A DNA stretch of 63,630 nucleotides, filler included, from Rhizaria sp. SCN 62-66 (lineage: Eukaryota): NCBI GenBank assembly GCA_001724265.1. It is 3 parts of 3 records of this genome, joined end to end, with 100 filler letters (N's around TTAATTAATTAA, not from the genome) between each part and the next. Parts side by side here need not be neighbours in the genome. Positions count along the whole stretch, not along the records: positions 23,657 to 47,190 come from MEDY01000429.1; 2 more parts are not named here. One strand, given 5' to 3'. Numbering within the stretch: position 1 is the first letter of the stretch; each line of letters opens with the position of its first letter. The notes beneath the pieces are model-generated. The model was not told where the DNA came from. It saw only the letters and a program-made list of their open reading frames with translations, and searched no databases. The position numbers were made by a program, and so were the translations under genes. Below are positions 23,557-37,236 of the stretch, one piece after another.

Positions 23557-23656
23557 NNNNNNNNNNNNNNNNNNNNNNNNNNNNNNNNNNNNNNNNNNNN
23601 TTAATTAATTAANNNNNNNNNNNNNNNNNNNNNNNNNNNNNNNNNNNNNNNNNNNN
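23557..23656. other. Artificial assembly linker (44 N + TTAATTAATTAA + 44 N)
   Basis: Exactly 100 nt; the 12-mer puts TAA in all six frames; identical to the linker at 47191-47290. Confidence 0.97.
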
Positions 23657-25271
23657 GAGCCCCGCCGCACTGGCCGCCGCCGCGGCCGCCGCGGCGACCG
23701 AGGCGGCCGCCGCCGTGGCCGCGGCGAAGGCCGCCGCGGCCGCGGCCGCCGCGCAGGCCGCCAAGGTGCCCCCGCGGCCGACGCCCAAGATCCTGCTCAA
23801 CACGGTGCGCGTGGACCACGCGGGCCCGCTGACGTCGTGCAAGCTGTACCCGTACCGGCTCACGGACATCACGATGGACATGCGCTCACTGGGCATGCGC
23901 GGCACCGCGCAGGTGGCCTCGATGCTCGCCGCCGCGGCCGCCGCCGACGCACTGGCGCCGCAGCTGGCCGAGCGCGCGCAGGCCGAGGCGCTGACGCAGC
24001 TGCTGGCCGCCATGCCGCCCTCGGCGCCGCCGCTGCCCGGGCTCGTCGCGCTCGGCCCCGTGGTCGTGCCCGACAGCGGTGCGCACGGCGCCAGCGTCCG
24101 CGCCCAGATCACGCCCTCGAGCTCCAGTGCCGGCGCTGGCGCGGGCGCGATTACGGAAGCCTCGGCGGGCGCCGTGGCCGCGGGCGCCGCGGGCGCCGCT
24201 GGCGAGACGGTGGCCATCTTCCCCACGGCGACCAACGCGGCCGCGGGCGGCGCGCGGCGGCTCGACTCGACTGCGGTGCGCGTGCTGCGCTCCGTCGGGC
24301 CCGGGCTGGGCTCGGGCTCGGGGCTCGACCCCGCGGGCATGCTGCCGCTGTGCGCGCGCCCCGGGCACAACACGGGCGGCGGCGGCAGCGGCAGCAGTCT
24401 GCTTATCGACGCGCCCACGGAGACCCCGCTGGACCCCACGGCGCTGGATCAGGCCACCTCGCTCTGGCGCGCGCCCAAGCGCCGCCGCTGCGCCGCGGCC
24501 GCGGGCAGGGCTTTCTCCGCCTTCTCTGCCGCCGAGGACGCCGGAGACGCGGATGCGGACGCGGATGCGGACGCGGACTTGGAGCCGGAGTACGCGGTGG
24601 ATCGCAGCGGCGGCGCGCGCGACCGGCGGCTGTCGCTGCCCGTGGCGCTGGTGCCCGGCACGCAGTCCGCGTCGACCTCGGCGCCGCTGGCGCAACTCAT
24701 GATGCAGCAGTACCACGCGCAGCAGGCCGCGCTGCCTCAATGGGCGTCGCCGGTGCTTACCACGGCGCCCTGCCTCATCAACATCTCGATGCTCCAGGGC
24801 ACCGACGACGTGCGCAACTCGTACTACACGCTCAACAACCACTACTCGCGCCAGTTCTTCCCCGCGCACTCGCTGTCGACCTTCGCGCGCGGCAACCACG
24901 TCGCGGGCCGCTTCCGCGCGCGCGTCGGCCGCGGCGGCCGCATCCTCTACGACAAGGTCGCACTGCGCCACACCGTCCCCGTGAAGCCATCGGCCGAACA
25001 GATCCGCGCGCAGCAGCAGGCGCAGCAGCAGGCGCAGGCGCATGCCGCCGCCGCCGCGCAAGCGCAGGCTCAAGCCCAGGCCGCCGCTCAGGCTCAGGCT
25101 CAGGCCCAGGCCCAGGCTCAGGCACAGGCGCAGGCCGCTGCGGCTCAACAGGTGCAGGCACAGGCGCAGGCGCAGCAGCAGCAGCAGCAGGCCGCCGCCG
25201 CAGGCGACGCTGCGGGCGCCGCTGGCGCGACTGCAGTGGTGGTGCCCGAGCCTGCGACAGTCAGCACGTAA
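23657..25271 (+). CDS. Enhancer of polycomb-like protein (NuA4/TIP60 subunit), C-terminal part, 5'-truncated at the gap
   Basis: GRFRARVGRGGRILYDK matches the EPC-family RRxGRGGRxxxDR motif; Gln/Ala tail; stop TAA. Only one motif is visible. Confidence 0.65.
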
Positions 25272-25843
25272 GCAGGCCTCCGGTGACTGCTGACACTAAC
25301 ACACTTTTATATAATTCACTACACTCAGTCCTGGCGTAGAGTCACAGGTGCGCGGCTTTGTCGTGCTCCTGTCTCTTTGCTATGCCATTCTTTTTCTACT
25401 CATGTCTCGGCCTCCCTCTGTTTATTGTTTTTGTCTGGCCGAGACGCCCCTCGCTACACAGTCCACATCCGTATTTTATTTGCTCGCGCACACACGCAGA
25501 CGCCGCACACACAAGAAGCGTGAAAAAATACAATCACAATTCTTTTCCTATCAATTCTATTCACGCTTTAATCGATTAGTATATTGCTATGTTTCAATGC
25601 ATTACATTTGCCAAGGTTGTGAAGTGCCGTGTTTGTGTATTGACGAGCTGACAGTTGCCATGCGCTATTTTTCTAATCTAAGGTATCTATGAAGCTAAGT
25701 ATTCGATATTGAGGCGTAATCCAGAACAAAATGTGCGGCCAATATGCATAGTTAAGGTGTTCTCAGCAAAATTATTCCGTTGCAGCTGACCGCTCGGATC
25801 AAGCAGGGCGTTACTTCGTCAATTGTAACTAGTTTGGTCGATG

Positions 25844-25940
25844 TCATTTTTTCATGACCACGCTGCCCCTATGCCCTTTCTTATCGCCAGCCTTCGTCCC
25901 TGCCACCGCCGCCGCTGAGGCTGCCGTGGCCGCCGCCGTT

Positions 25941-25993
<53 letters not shown>

Positions 25994-26131
25994 GCTGCTG
26001 CTGCTGCTGCCCGCGAGACTGCTGCGCCTGTTGCGTGCTGCGTTACCCCCCGCCACCACGGACGCGTCGGATTCGGAGCCCCGCACGCTGCTGTGGCCGC
26101 TGCTGCCCTGCCCCTGTCCTTGCTGCCCCGT

Positions 26132-26195
<64 letters not shown>

Positions 26196-27005
26196 GTGAG
26201 CGTGAGTGCGCCGGGCGCGGGCACGCGCGCGGTGAGAGCGGCGGCCAGCGCGGCGGGCTCGTCCACGTCGCGCTGCGCTGCCAGCACGGCCAGCGCGCGC
26301 GCCTCCGCGGGCGCCAGCGCCACCGCGGCCGACGCCGACGCCGACGCCGACGTGCTTGAGTTCGCTGAGTGCTTGTTTGCGTTGGTATTGTTGAGGGGCG
26401 AGTTCGCAACGAGCGCAGCTGCGGCGACGACGCGGGGGCCCAGCGAGGCGCCGCCGGAGTGGTACGTCGCGGCGCCCACGGCCATGCGCTCGGGGACGGT
26501 GCGCGCGCTCTGGATCGCGGTCACAGCGGCCGCGTCGCCCGCCGCGAGCGCCGCCGAGAGTTGCGGGTACCGCTCCGCAGCCGAGAGCGCGGTCGCCAGC
26601 ACCGTCGGCGTGAGGCGCGCGGCAACCGAGAGACTTGTGTCGGTCACCAAGTCGGCGTACTCGCGCAGCGCGATCGCGGCGCGCGGCGCGGAGACGCCCG
26701 TCGCGGTGGCGGTTGGGGCGGAGGCAGATGACAGCGGCTGCGCAGAGAGCAGATGACGCGAGAGCTGCGCGGGCGGCACAGAGTAGCCCAGCGCGGTCAA
26801 AAAGGCGCCAAGAGTTTCGACTGTGAGGGGTTAAGGATGATGGAAGACCGGGTAGTGAGCACGGGTGCGAAGCGTGGGAGCGAAGAAAGAGTAGGGCGGC
26901 GAGAGGACAAGAAGGTAACGTACCAGTGATTTCTTTCCCCCCCTGGGAGAGCACCTTAAAAGCATCAACTAAGGCAGGATTTAATTGTTTGGTTGATTGC
27001 GACAT
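25844..27005 (-). CDS. Protein with a degenerate EF-hand/calmodulin-like N-terminus and a polyQ/polyN tail
   Basis: Exon 1 27005-26924, intron 26923-26821 (GTACGT...CACAG), exon 2 26820-25844. The spliced LVDAFKVLSQGGKEITVETLGAFLTALGY resembles an EF-hand helix-loop-helix without canonical Ca ligands; stop TGA. Confidence 0.7.
25942..26194 (-). repeat. Coding microsatellites: (AAC)n polyAsn at ~25942-25995 and (CAG/CAA)n polyGln at ~26133-26194
   Basis: Runs of TTG and CTG/TTG visible on the + strand. Confidence 0.9.
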
Positions 27006-27503
27006 TTTCAAGACGAGAACACTCTCAGCAGCGCATTATTACGATCAGAATAACGCTCTAGTGGTGTGCGAAGTAAGGTCAGCACTTCGAAGACAGAGCA
27101 CTCGATATCAGCTCAGAGGAGATAATAGAGGTTGCAACAAGGTACAATACAGTGATACAAGGATACGAGCAGATGGTTTATATTAGACTAGAGTTGTATT
27201 TAGCGTCATTGGGGAAAAAAACTAAAAGAGCGAGCAGTGGTAGGGGCAAAGAGCTACCTAACGCACTGCTGGGCGCACCCGTCCTGAGCGAGACGGGAAG
27301 CGCGACTAGGCGATGCGAGCGCATTGCAAGAGGCAAAGGACGCAAGCGACACCATATTAAATCTGGAGCACAGCATAGCTGCTGCGAGGTGAGCTGTCGA
27401 GCATGAGAGAGGAGCCAGTAACAGCGCAGCGAGGGGTTGGGAGAGCGCGGCCGCCTGCAGTGTGGCGGCGGCGTGCTTTGAGGAGCACCTGTACTGCGAG
27501 CAC

Positions 27504-28155
27504 TTAAGCATCCAGGACGGGGGCGGAGGTGGAGGTGGGGTCGATGCAGTCCTTGACGACGGGAATGACGTCGAAGAGGTGGAGGTCGATAGGGGACGAG
27601 AAGAGGAACTCGAACGAGGGCTCGGTGACGGCAACGACGACGGGCTCGAACTTGTCAGTGACAGGGTTCATGACGGCGACGATATCCTCGTGCTCGACGG
27701 TGGGGTCGCAGGGGATCAGGATGCTGCGAGGAGAAGGAGCGGGGGGGGGCGACAAGACAAGGAGTAGGCAGGGCATGGCGAGCGGTGAGCGATGAGAGGA
27801 CAAGAGGGCGTCGTGAACGCAGGGAGGCGTTGTGGCAGAAGAGCAGAGGGGCTTTGGAAAAGCACGCCATTTCTGCAAAGGGCTCTGCTGGTGCAGAGCC
27901 AGGTACAGCGGGAGTATTTCGGCATCTCGACAATAAAATACAGTGTGAAATAAATTGTACCAGTATTAAACTCGCGCAGCATTGCTGGGGGCAGTGCCAC
28001 GACGGAGCCGGGAGTGGTGAACAAGGGTGGGGGACGTACTTGACGTTGAAGTCGGCCTTGTCAGACATAGCGCGACGGGGAACCGCAACCATGGGGGCAG
28101 CGCGCATGGCGGGGCGCGCGGCAACCTTAGAAAGACGGGCAAGCGAGCGGAACAT
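27504..28155 (-). CDS. Small (111 aa) mitochondrion-targeted protein, probable nucleus-encoded Cox1 C-terminal fragment (Cox1-c)
   Basis: Exon 1 28155-28040 (presequence MFRSLARLSKVAARPAMRAAPMVAVPRRAMS), intron 28039-27724 (GTACGT...CGCAG), exon 2 27723-27504. SFEFLFSSPIDLHLFDVIPVVK resembles the Cox1 tail (S/T)LEWxxxSPPxxHxFxExP; stop TAA. Confidence 0.7.
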
Positions 28156-28595
28156 TGTTTCTCACCTCCTGGGTTTGAGCAAACGACTCCTCACTTCGGC
28201 CCCTCATCCTCACTCGGTCGCCCCACAACCCAAACAGCCCACAGCCCATGGGGGAAAATTAAGCCGCTGCTCACAGTCGCTCGCTTGATTCCCGCCCAAA
28301 GTTGATCGACTGGGCAAGGGAGCAATCTTGATAGACTCGTGCATCATGTTGTTTAGTAATATGGTGTGCACACCCGCAAGAAAGAATTATTATTACGAGT
28401 TTGAGTGCGTTCTAGTTGTTTCCCTATGATAGTTATCTTTCAATTCTTGCTAGAGTGATTATACCTGCGGTGAATTCAAAGTCTGCAATGCCATAAAGAG
28501 CTCGTGCCACACCACGAAACTCAGTCCTCACGACTGCGTCGCCCACATCATATCCGCTCACTTTTTTCGTGTTTTTTTTGCAAGATCAGATCATT

Positions 28596-30380
<1,785 letters not shown>

Positions 30381-30991
30381 GAGAGCTGCGTGAGTGAGCG
30401 AGCGACTTGAACAAGTGCGAGGTGACACACTCATTAGTGCGAGCTGGCCAGAGATAATGACGCAGATCAGTTATCGAGTCATTTTTGAATGACTGAAATT
30501 AATTGTAATGTTCTTCAAATTTTTCCACTGAATAAACAAGTTCGTATTTTTCATCTTTTCCCTCTTTTGCGTGACAATGTGAGTGCTCACAGTCATCTTA
30601 CGAAGGAGCAACAAACAAATGCAATGAGACCTCGATAAAGTCTAAGGCTTTACTCCATAAGACCTCGATAAAATTGAGTGTGACTAAGTTATTCAATATA
30701 TCATAGTGACGATTATTATTTAAAAGATGTACAATGTCACATGAAAGAGTCCAGAGACGCATAATATCTTGTTAATCAGCATCATTGTGAGTTTGAGCAC
30801 ACTTGAACAAGAATAAGGATATTGATCGATAGGTCGATTCAAACTTTAGATTACACTTAAAGAACAAAATAACTAATACCATTAAGCATGTACCTACATC
30901 GACCTTTTCTACCACGCTCTTACCGCGCACTATGACGCAACAGGAGCAAGTCGACTTAAAGAGCCACAAACCTCTAGAGAGGCATCGCTTC

Positions 30992-33900
30992 ATGTCACTC
31001 AAATTCTTACCCCGCGCACGGCTTGCCGCATGGGCGTTCTCAGCAGCCGCAACGCTGTTGCTTCTAGTAACGCCGTCAGCCGCATTGTCGGCTGATCAGT
31101 CGTATGAGCTCTTCTTCGAACCCAAGTCTTCGTACGACGACGGCACGGGCGTCTTCGCACTGGGTTACAACTCACCTTACCGCTCGCTGCGCCATGTTGT
31201 GGACTCCGACACGCCCGACGCGCGCATCTCCTTCGAGGCCGTGCCGGTAATTCCGCGCGCGGCGACGCTGCACAGCTGGTCGTGGGCCGCCGTGACTGAC
31301 ACCACGACGCTGCCCGCATGGCTCGACTTCGTCGCGGGCTGGGCCGGCTCGCCCGCCTTCGCGCTCCAGTTCAACGGCGCGGCCTCCGTCGCCGCGGGCG
31401 CGGACCCCGAGCCCGTGGTGCTAAAGCTGGGCGGCGTCGTGCACTACTCGCACGGGCCCGAGCGCTACCTGGAACGGGAGGAGCGTGTGCTTTACCTCAC
31501 CGTCCACATGCACGTGCGCAAGTCCATCGCCTCGCGCGCCACCATCCTTGCAGACTACTTCGTGCAGCAGCCCACAGAGACGGCTGCGGGCGCGCCACTG
31601 TACCCTTTCCAGTTGCGCTCCGCCACGACACCCGTGCCGTCCTTCGTGGCCGAGGCCGGCGAGACGTACAGCTTCCCCTGCGGGGGCTCGCTGGCCGACC
31701 TCTCGGGCGCATGTATCCTCGGCACGGCCGACGCCGCTGACGGCACGCAGACCCCAATGTGGCTTGGCGCGGGAGCCGTGCTGTCGGTTGACACGGGCGT
31801 GCTGCGGGTGCGCGCGCCGCTGGCCGGCTGGGGCGCGATCGTGGTGCAGTCGGGCGCGACGCTGGTGCTCGAGGGCGGCACCGACACAACGCCCTTTGCG
31901 CTCATCTCCGAGGAACGCGTGCCTGCGCTCGTCAACCACGGGCAAGTGTACGTTTCGAAGGGCGTGTTTCAGCTGCATGGCACCGCCATGCTAGGCTTCG
32001 GAACCGTCTTTGTGGCCGCCAACGCCACGATGGAGCTGTCTCCGCGCCAAGAAGCTGCGTTTGGCGACGCGCCTGTGTCGACGACAAACCGCGCTGTCGT
32101 GCTTGACGTGCGCGGCACAGTCAACATTCTCTCGGGCACGGTGCACTTTCCGCGCGCGGTCATCTTCGTCGGGTTGGGCAAGCTCAACGTGGGCATGGCC
32201 GCTGCAGCGATGCTCTCGGGACCCACACGCCACGTGCTCGGCGGGCTGCAGACGGGCGCGGGCAACATTGCATCCACGGGCGGCGTCAACGCCGTCGCCG
32301 CTGTGGTCTCGGGCGCGCTTACTGTGCAGTCCAGCGCCGCACTGCTCGTCGGCGGCGGACTGCGGCTGCAGGGGCTGGGCGCCCTGACGGTGCTCGAGGA
32401 CGCGATCGTAACCGTGGACGTGGCGTGGGCCGACCCCGTGCTGCTGCCGTCTACGGGCATTGTTGCCACGGGCCCCGCAGCGGAGCGACCGGCGCCGGGC
32501 GTCACCGTGCGCGGCGGCCGCCTGCTGCTCATCAAGGGCGGGCTCACGGCTGCGACAGGCATCACCGTCGACGGGACCAACGGCTCTCTCGAAGTCGACA
32601 CGGACGGCTTCCTGCACCTCTCCGCAGCGGGCGCGAGCAACGTGCTGGGCGGCGCGGGCACGGTGAGCCGCGGCGACGTAACTCTGCTGGCGGGCGCGAG
32701 CGTCGACTTTGCGGCCCCTATCACGTCGACCACGCACGTGCGCGCGCTGGACGCCGCGTCCGTGATCTCGTTCTCATCGCCTGTGCTGAGCGTGCTATCG
32801 CGGCCGCCTGGCACTCGCGTGGCCTCAGGGCTCAGCAGCGGCGGCACCACGGCCGGCGTCACGGGGCTTGCAACCAACCCCACGCACCTGTTCGGGCTGT
32901 TCACGCCGGGCACGCTGCTGCTGCGCGACGGCGCGCGCGTGCGGCTGCTCGCCTTAAACCCTTCTGCAGCCGACGCCTCGCTGCTCGAGCGCGCGCGCTT
33001 CTTCGCGGCCGCGCTCTACAACGCTGGCACGCTTGAGCTGACCGAGAGTGCCGAGCTTGAGACCGGCGCTGCACTGCAGACCTTTGAGCCGCGCTCGCTG
33101 GCGATTAGCTCATCAGCCGCGGCAGACTTTACGGACGGCCAGATTGACGCTAAGACGGGAGCCAGCTCTTACTGGGCGCCGTCGCTGGCGCCGCGGTCCC
33201 CGCTGGCAGTGTTGCGCGTGGTACCTGAGGACCGCTACCAGTACCAGGCCACGGGCGACGCCGCGGGCACCATCGCGCAGACGCTCACGCAGGCCGACTT
33301 TACGCCCGCGCCGATCACCATCGCGCGCGGCGCGCTGGCGGGCGCGCGCGCGGGCTACGCGGCGACGCCCGTGGTCGTGGGCCCGCGCGCGTGGGCGTCC
33401 CCGGGCGCGGAGGAGCCGGTCGCTGCGCTGGCGCGGTTGGACCGCGAGGGCCGCATTGTCGGCGGCGCCTGGGTCGCGGCGGCGGCGGCGCAAAGCGTGG
33501 GCATCCTGCGCGCGCAGGCGCTCACGCTGAGCGCCGGCAGCGCGCTCAAGGTCGACGTTGTCGGCGCGGGCCCCGCTGGCGTCGGGTACGACCAGGTCGT
33601 CGTCGACGAAGACATGGTGATTGCGTCGGGCGTTGCGCTCAACCTCACGACAACGTTCGAGGCCTTCGTACGTCAGGCCGCGTCCGTGACCACGCTGCGC
33701 GCAGTCGAGTCGCGCCGCTTTGCAACGCTCTCGGATGCGGAGCTGCCCGCCGGAGTCGTTGCTGGCGGTGCTGTCCGTACACGTGCCGCTGAGGCCGCCA
33801 CAGTCGAGTCTGCCGCAGAGGTGCGCCAGTGGATTGCAACCGTCGCAGTCAGCACCACGAGTAGCGCGCGCAGCTCTAGCAGCGGCAGCCTGAGTGCAAG

Positions 33901-34546
33901 TTCCGGCTCCGGCTCGGGCGCGACCGCGCAGGAGACCACCACGGTGACTGTGCGCCCGCTGGCGAGCGCTGGCGTGGGCCGGCCACGCGGCGCCGAGGTG
34001 CTGCGCGTGCCCATTGTGCTTGCGGGTAGCGTGAGCGGCCGCTTCGACACTGTCAACGTGCTCTGGCGCCTCGCGTCGGGCTCGCAGAGCGGCTCCAGCT
34101 CCACGCCAGCTGACAGCGTGTACGTCGTGCAAAATGCCGTCACAGACATGACTGAGCGCTTCCAGGCCCGCATTAACGCCCTCGCAAGCACCGCCGGCAG
34201 CAGCAACACTGACAGCAGCAGCAGCAGCGACGACAGTGGCAGCGCGACTAGCAGCGGCGGCGTAACCGTGAGCACGCTGGGCGCGTCCGCAGGCGAGCGC
34301 GTGTGGGACTTCGGGCTCGAGTACAGCGAGGCCGCAGTAGTGCTGGTGGCGTGGGAGAACGGCGCCATGACCTCGGCCGCGGCGCCCACGAGCCGGCCCG
34401 CTTCCAGTGCGATTGCGGGCGTTGCGCTGTGGGCTATTGCCGCGGCGGGGGCGGCGCTCGCGGCTGCGGCGTGGACCGCGATGGGCACGGAGCGGGTTCA
34501 GGGGCAGTGGCGGCGGAGAAGGCTGCCGGCGGTCAAGGCTGATTAA
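30992..34546 (+). CDS. Type I cell-surface protein: signal peptide, Gly/Val/Thr-rich beta-helix-like ectodomain, C-terminal transmembrane helix
   Basis: Signal-like MSLKFLPRARLAAWAFSAAATLLLLVTPSAALS from ATG 30992; repeated beta-strand/Gly units; hydrophobic IAGVALWAIAAAGAALAAAAW followed by a basic tail; stop TAA. Confidence 0.8.
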   Translation: MSLKFLPRARLAAWAFSAAATLLLLVTPSAALSADQSYELFFEPKSSYDDGTGVFALGYNSPYRSLRHVVDSDTPDARISFEAVPVIPRAATLHSWSWAAVTDTTTLPAWLDFVAGWAGSPAFALQFNGAASVAAGADPEPVVLKLGGVVHYSHGPERYLEREERVLYLTVHMHVRKSIASRATILADYFVQQPTETAAGAPLYPFQLRSATTPVPSFVAEAGETYSFPCGGSLADLSGACILGTADAADGTQTPMWLGAGAVLSVDTGVLRVRAPLAGWGAIVVQSGATLVLEGGTDTTPFALISEERVPALVNHGQVYVSKGVFQLHGTAMLGFGTVFVAANATMELSPRQEAAFGDAPVSTTNRAVVLDVRGTVNILSGTVHFPRAVIFVGLGKLNVGMAAAAMLSGPTRHVLGGLQTGAGNIASTGGVNAVAAVVSGALTVQSSAALLVGGGLRLQGLGALTVLEDAIVTVDVAWADPVLLPSTGIVATGPAAERPAPGVTVRGGRLLLIKGGLTAATGITVDGTNGSLEVDTDGFLHLSAAGASNVLGGAGTVSRGDVTLLAGASVDFAAPITSTTHVRALDAASVISFSSPVLSVLSRPPGTRVASGLSSGGTTAGVTGLATNPTHLFGLFTPGTLLLRDGARVRLLALNPSAADASLLERARFFAAALYNAGTLELTESAELETGAALQTFEPRSLAISSSAAADFTDGQIDAKTGASSYWAPSLAPRSPLAVLRVVPEDRYQYQATGDAAGTIAQTLTQADFTPAPITIARGALAGARAGYAATPVVVGPRAWASPGAEEPVAALARLDREGRIVGGAWVAAAAAQSVGILRAQALTLSAGSALKVDVVGAGPAGVGYDQVVVDEDMVIASGVALNLTTTFEAFVRQAASVTTLRAVESRRFATLSDAELPAGVVAGGAVRTRAAEAATVESAAEVRQWIATVAVSTTSSARSSSSGSLSASSGSGSGATAQETTTVTVRPLASAGVGRPRGAEVLRVPIVLAGSVSGRFDTVNVLWRLASGSQSGSSSTPADSVYVVQNAVTDMTERFQARINALASTAGSSNTDSSSSSDDSGSATSSGGVTVSTLGASAGERVWDFGLEYSEAAVVLVAWENGAMTSAAAPTSRPASSAIAGVALWAIAAAGAALAAAAWTAMGTERVQGQWRRRRLPAVKAD

Positions 34547-35455
34547 GCATGGCAAGCGGAAGACACCAATAGTGCGTGACGCAGTTGTGCGTAACACAAC
34601 GTACGTACTGTACTTGAAAATGGTTTCATTATGTAAGTATTAAGATATCTTGATGAATACACACCAGTGACACGATTAAATAAAGACAAAACATGATTGA
34701 AACTGGGTACTGATCTGGAATCAGTCAACGGGTCAGTTGGGGAGTACCGAGAGCGCGTGATAAGAACGTCTGCAGCTGAAAATGGCGGTTACAGAGAAGT
34801 GGGGTTGACAAGTATATTTCAGGCCGTTTTAATTAAAAAAGTCAAATCTCGTACTAAAATAATAGTGCTATTAGAAAATGTTGTGATAAATCCCAAATCA
34901 TAAGGTCCTATTGAGCTGCAATTTGATTTGTGTCATTTTCGAGACCCGTTACAAGTGTGTAGAGCTAGCTCACGGTCACTTTGGACCCGAGCAATTATTG
35001 TCTTCTTCGCTTCCTAGAGACATTCAATTTGGCGTTAGCGCGGAGAGGTCGCACGAGCCTTATACGCCGTTGTACAGGTTTTGGCACACTTTTCTGATAC
35101 TTTCGTTTCTATTTATATTGTATTAATTGTTTTTGGCGCAATAAGCGCTGGGCTTGACATCATACTACGCGTCTACTTTCGCTGCTCGCGGATGGTGCCG
35201 TTGCTTGGTGAGAAACTCAAATCGCCACCCCACGGTGACTCTCAGAGACAGATTTAGTCATTGTGGTTGTACTATTTTAAAGACCAGTGTGTATCGTATT
35301 AGGATTTCTGTTGATATTCCATAACTATTCTTCCTCACTCCCATCTGTGCCTTCGTTTAAACCCCTGCCCTGGACGTGCGCCTGTTGCGCTTTCTCCACC
35401 TTTCCTTCACTCGTCTTGCCCCGATGCGCGTATCACTTCTCTTTCCAGATCACTG

Positions 35456-36277
35456 ATGGCCACTATTGACCCCAAGGAGGTGTTCACCAACGACCCCAGC
35501 AACCCCCGCGGCCTCCCCACCGCCAACTTCATTGTACGTGCGCCTTCGTGCAGCAGCTCGCACAATTACTCTCTTGCTATCTTGCAAACGCATGCTCTTT
35601 GGATGTTGTTTCCTTCTGTTGCAAGATCACACCATAACTTATGCTCACCTATTCTATATCTACTGCTTTCTTTTCCGAAACTCTACACAACCCAACTCTA
35701 TTCACAGGAGGACGTCGAGGCGTTCATCGAGAAGCTGTGGGCGGGCCAGGCACCCGACGTGCAGTACGCGCCCGACGGCAGCAAGAACCTTGTCGAGGTG
35801 ACCAACGCGCTGTTTAAGGTGCTGCAGGAGCTCTACGGCAAGTACAAGTTCATGGAGAAGCAGCTTGTGCAGCAGAAGCGCTCGCTCGTGCACAAGGTCG
35901 GCGAGATCGAGTCTGCGCTGGCCGTTCTGGGCCACGTCACGCGCACCTGCGACGCCGGTCAGGCCGTCAACGCGCAGTTTGAGCTCTCGGACGCCGTGTA
36001 CGTCAAGGCCACGATCGAGGCCACGGATAAGGTGATGCTGTGGCTTGGCGCCAACGTCATGGTCGAGTACGAGCACGCCGAGGCCGAGGCGCTGCTGTCG
36101 ACCAACCTGAAGAACGCACAGGAGACGCTGACGCAGCTGGCGGGCCACCTGGAGGTGCTTAAGGACCAGATCACGGTCAGCGAGGTCAACTTCGCGCGCG
36201 TGCACAACTACCGCGTCGCGCTCGTCCAGGCCGCCAAGAAGGCCCAGGCCGAGAACATCAAGACCAAGGGCAAGTAA
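35456..36277 (+). CDS. PFDN3: Prefoldin subunit 3 (VBP1/Pac10)
   Basis: Exons 35456-35533 and 35708-36277; intron GTACGT...CACAG. Motifs NPRGLPTANFI|EDVEAF, LQELYGKYKFME, FELSDAVYVKA, VMLWLGANVMVEY and DQITVSEVNFARVHNY; stop TAA. Confidence 0.95.
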   Translation: MATIDPKEVFTNDPSNPRGLPTANFIVRAPSCSSSHNYSLAILQTHALWMLFPSVARSHHNLCSPILYLLLSFPKLYTTQLYSQEDVEAFIEKLWAGQAPDVQYAPDGSKNLVEVTNALFKVLQELYGKYKFMEKQLVQQKRSLVHKVGEIESALAVLGHVTRTCDAGQAVNAQFELSDAVYVKATIEATDKVMLWLGANVMVEYEHAEAEALLSTNLKNAQETLTQLAGHLEVLKDQITVSEVNFARVHNYRVALVQAAKKAQAENIKTKGK

Positions 36278-37236
36278 GCAAGCGCGTTGAGAAGTCAATG
36301 AGTCAGTTAGTGACAGAGAGTCAGCCCACTTGAGATGAGTTTAGTTGAGCTGAGTCAATCATGATCGAAGCAGAGTTATTGGTGTACATTTCGTACTTAT
36401 AGTAGTAATAGTGATAATAATAATGATCAAGGGCATGCGGGTTGAGGTGGCGTTGTTGTAACAAAGAATAACAGCGTAGTATTGTATTAGTTTTGTCCTA
36501 GTTACATGTAGTGACTGTGACACTTAGTTACTTACTTTTCCAGAGCCGAACGCTTGAGACGGTTAAATAGAACCTAAGATTTGTATCATATGCGATCCGA
36601 TGAGACTGTTGAGGACAACATTTAAAATATGGCGACATGCAATAGTTTGATTGGCAGCATCGTTTGTGATAATATAGTTGCAATCAACATCAACTTGATG
36701 TGTTTGTTTTTGGTTGGTACATCGTACGTCCTATCTGAATTAATTAAACTCATGAGAGTTAAACACTCGTTGTATATAATAGTTCAGCTTATGCGGTCAG
36801 GCAACGCGCATAACCATTACACTCGTATCTAGAACGCCACAACCAAGGAGTATAGTATTTAATAATATTTTTTTTAAGAAGGTCGAATCAAAACAGCTTG
36901 CGCGTACATTAAGGGCAACATTACTTTGTTCGAGCTTTGAAAAATGAGAGCACGTGATTCGGCAGTTACGATCATACACATAGAAAAAAAATTATATAGT
37001 TTCACAGCCAGAGCCAATATTAATATCAAAACCAGCATCACACACTACATAAGTTACGTTCAACAAAGTAGCTAACGCGCGCTGTTATCATTGCCCGCTA
37101 CAAAGCGACAGACAACATTTGTTGTTGAAACAGACACACACAAGCACAAAAAAAGTTAAAGAAAGTCAAAACTAAATATTATCACGAGAATAGGAGCATC
37201 AACCACAATCAAAAGTCTTCATACCAATCACGTAAG

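Noticed and set aside
23601-23612. Palindromic TTAATTAATTAA (also 47235-47246) as a biological site such as a piggyBac TTAA target
   Set aside because: Centred in exactly 44+44 N in both cases; this is a six-frame-stop scaffolding linker
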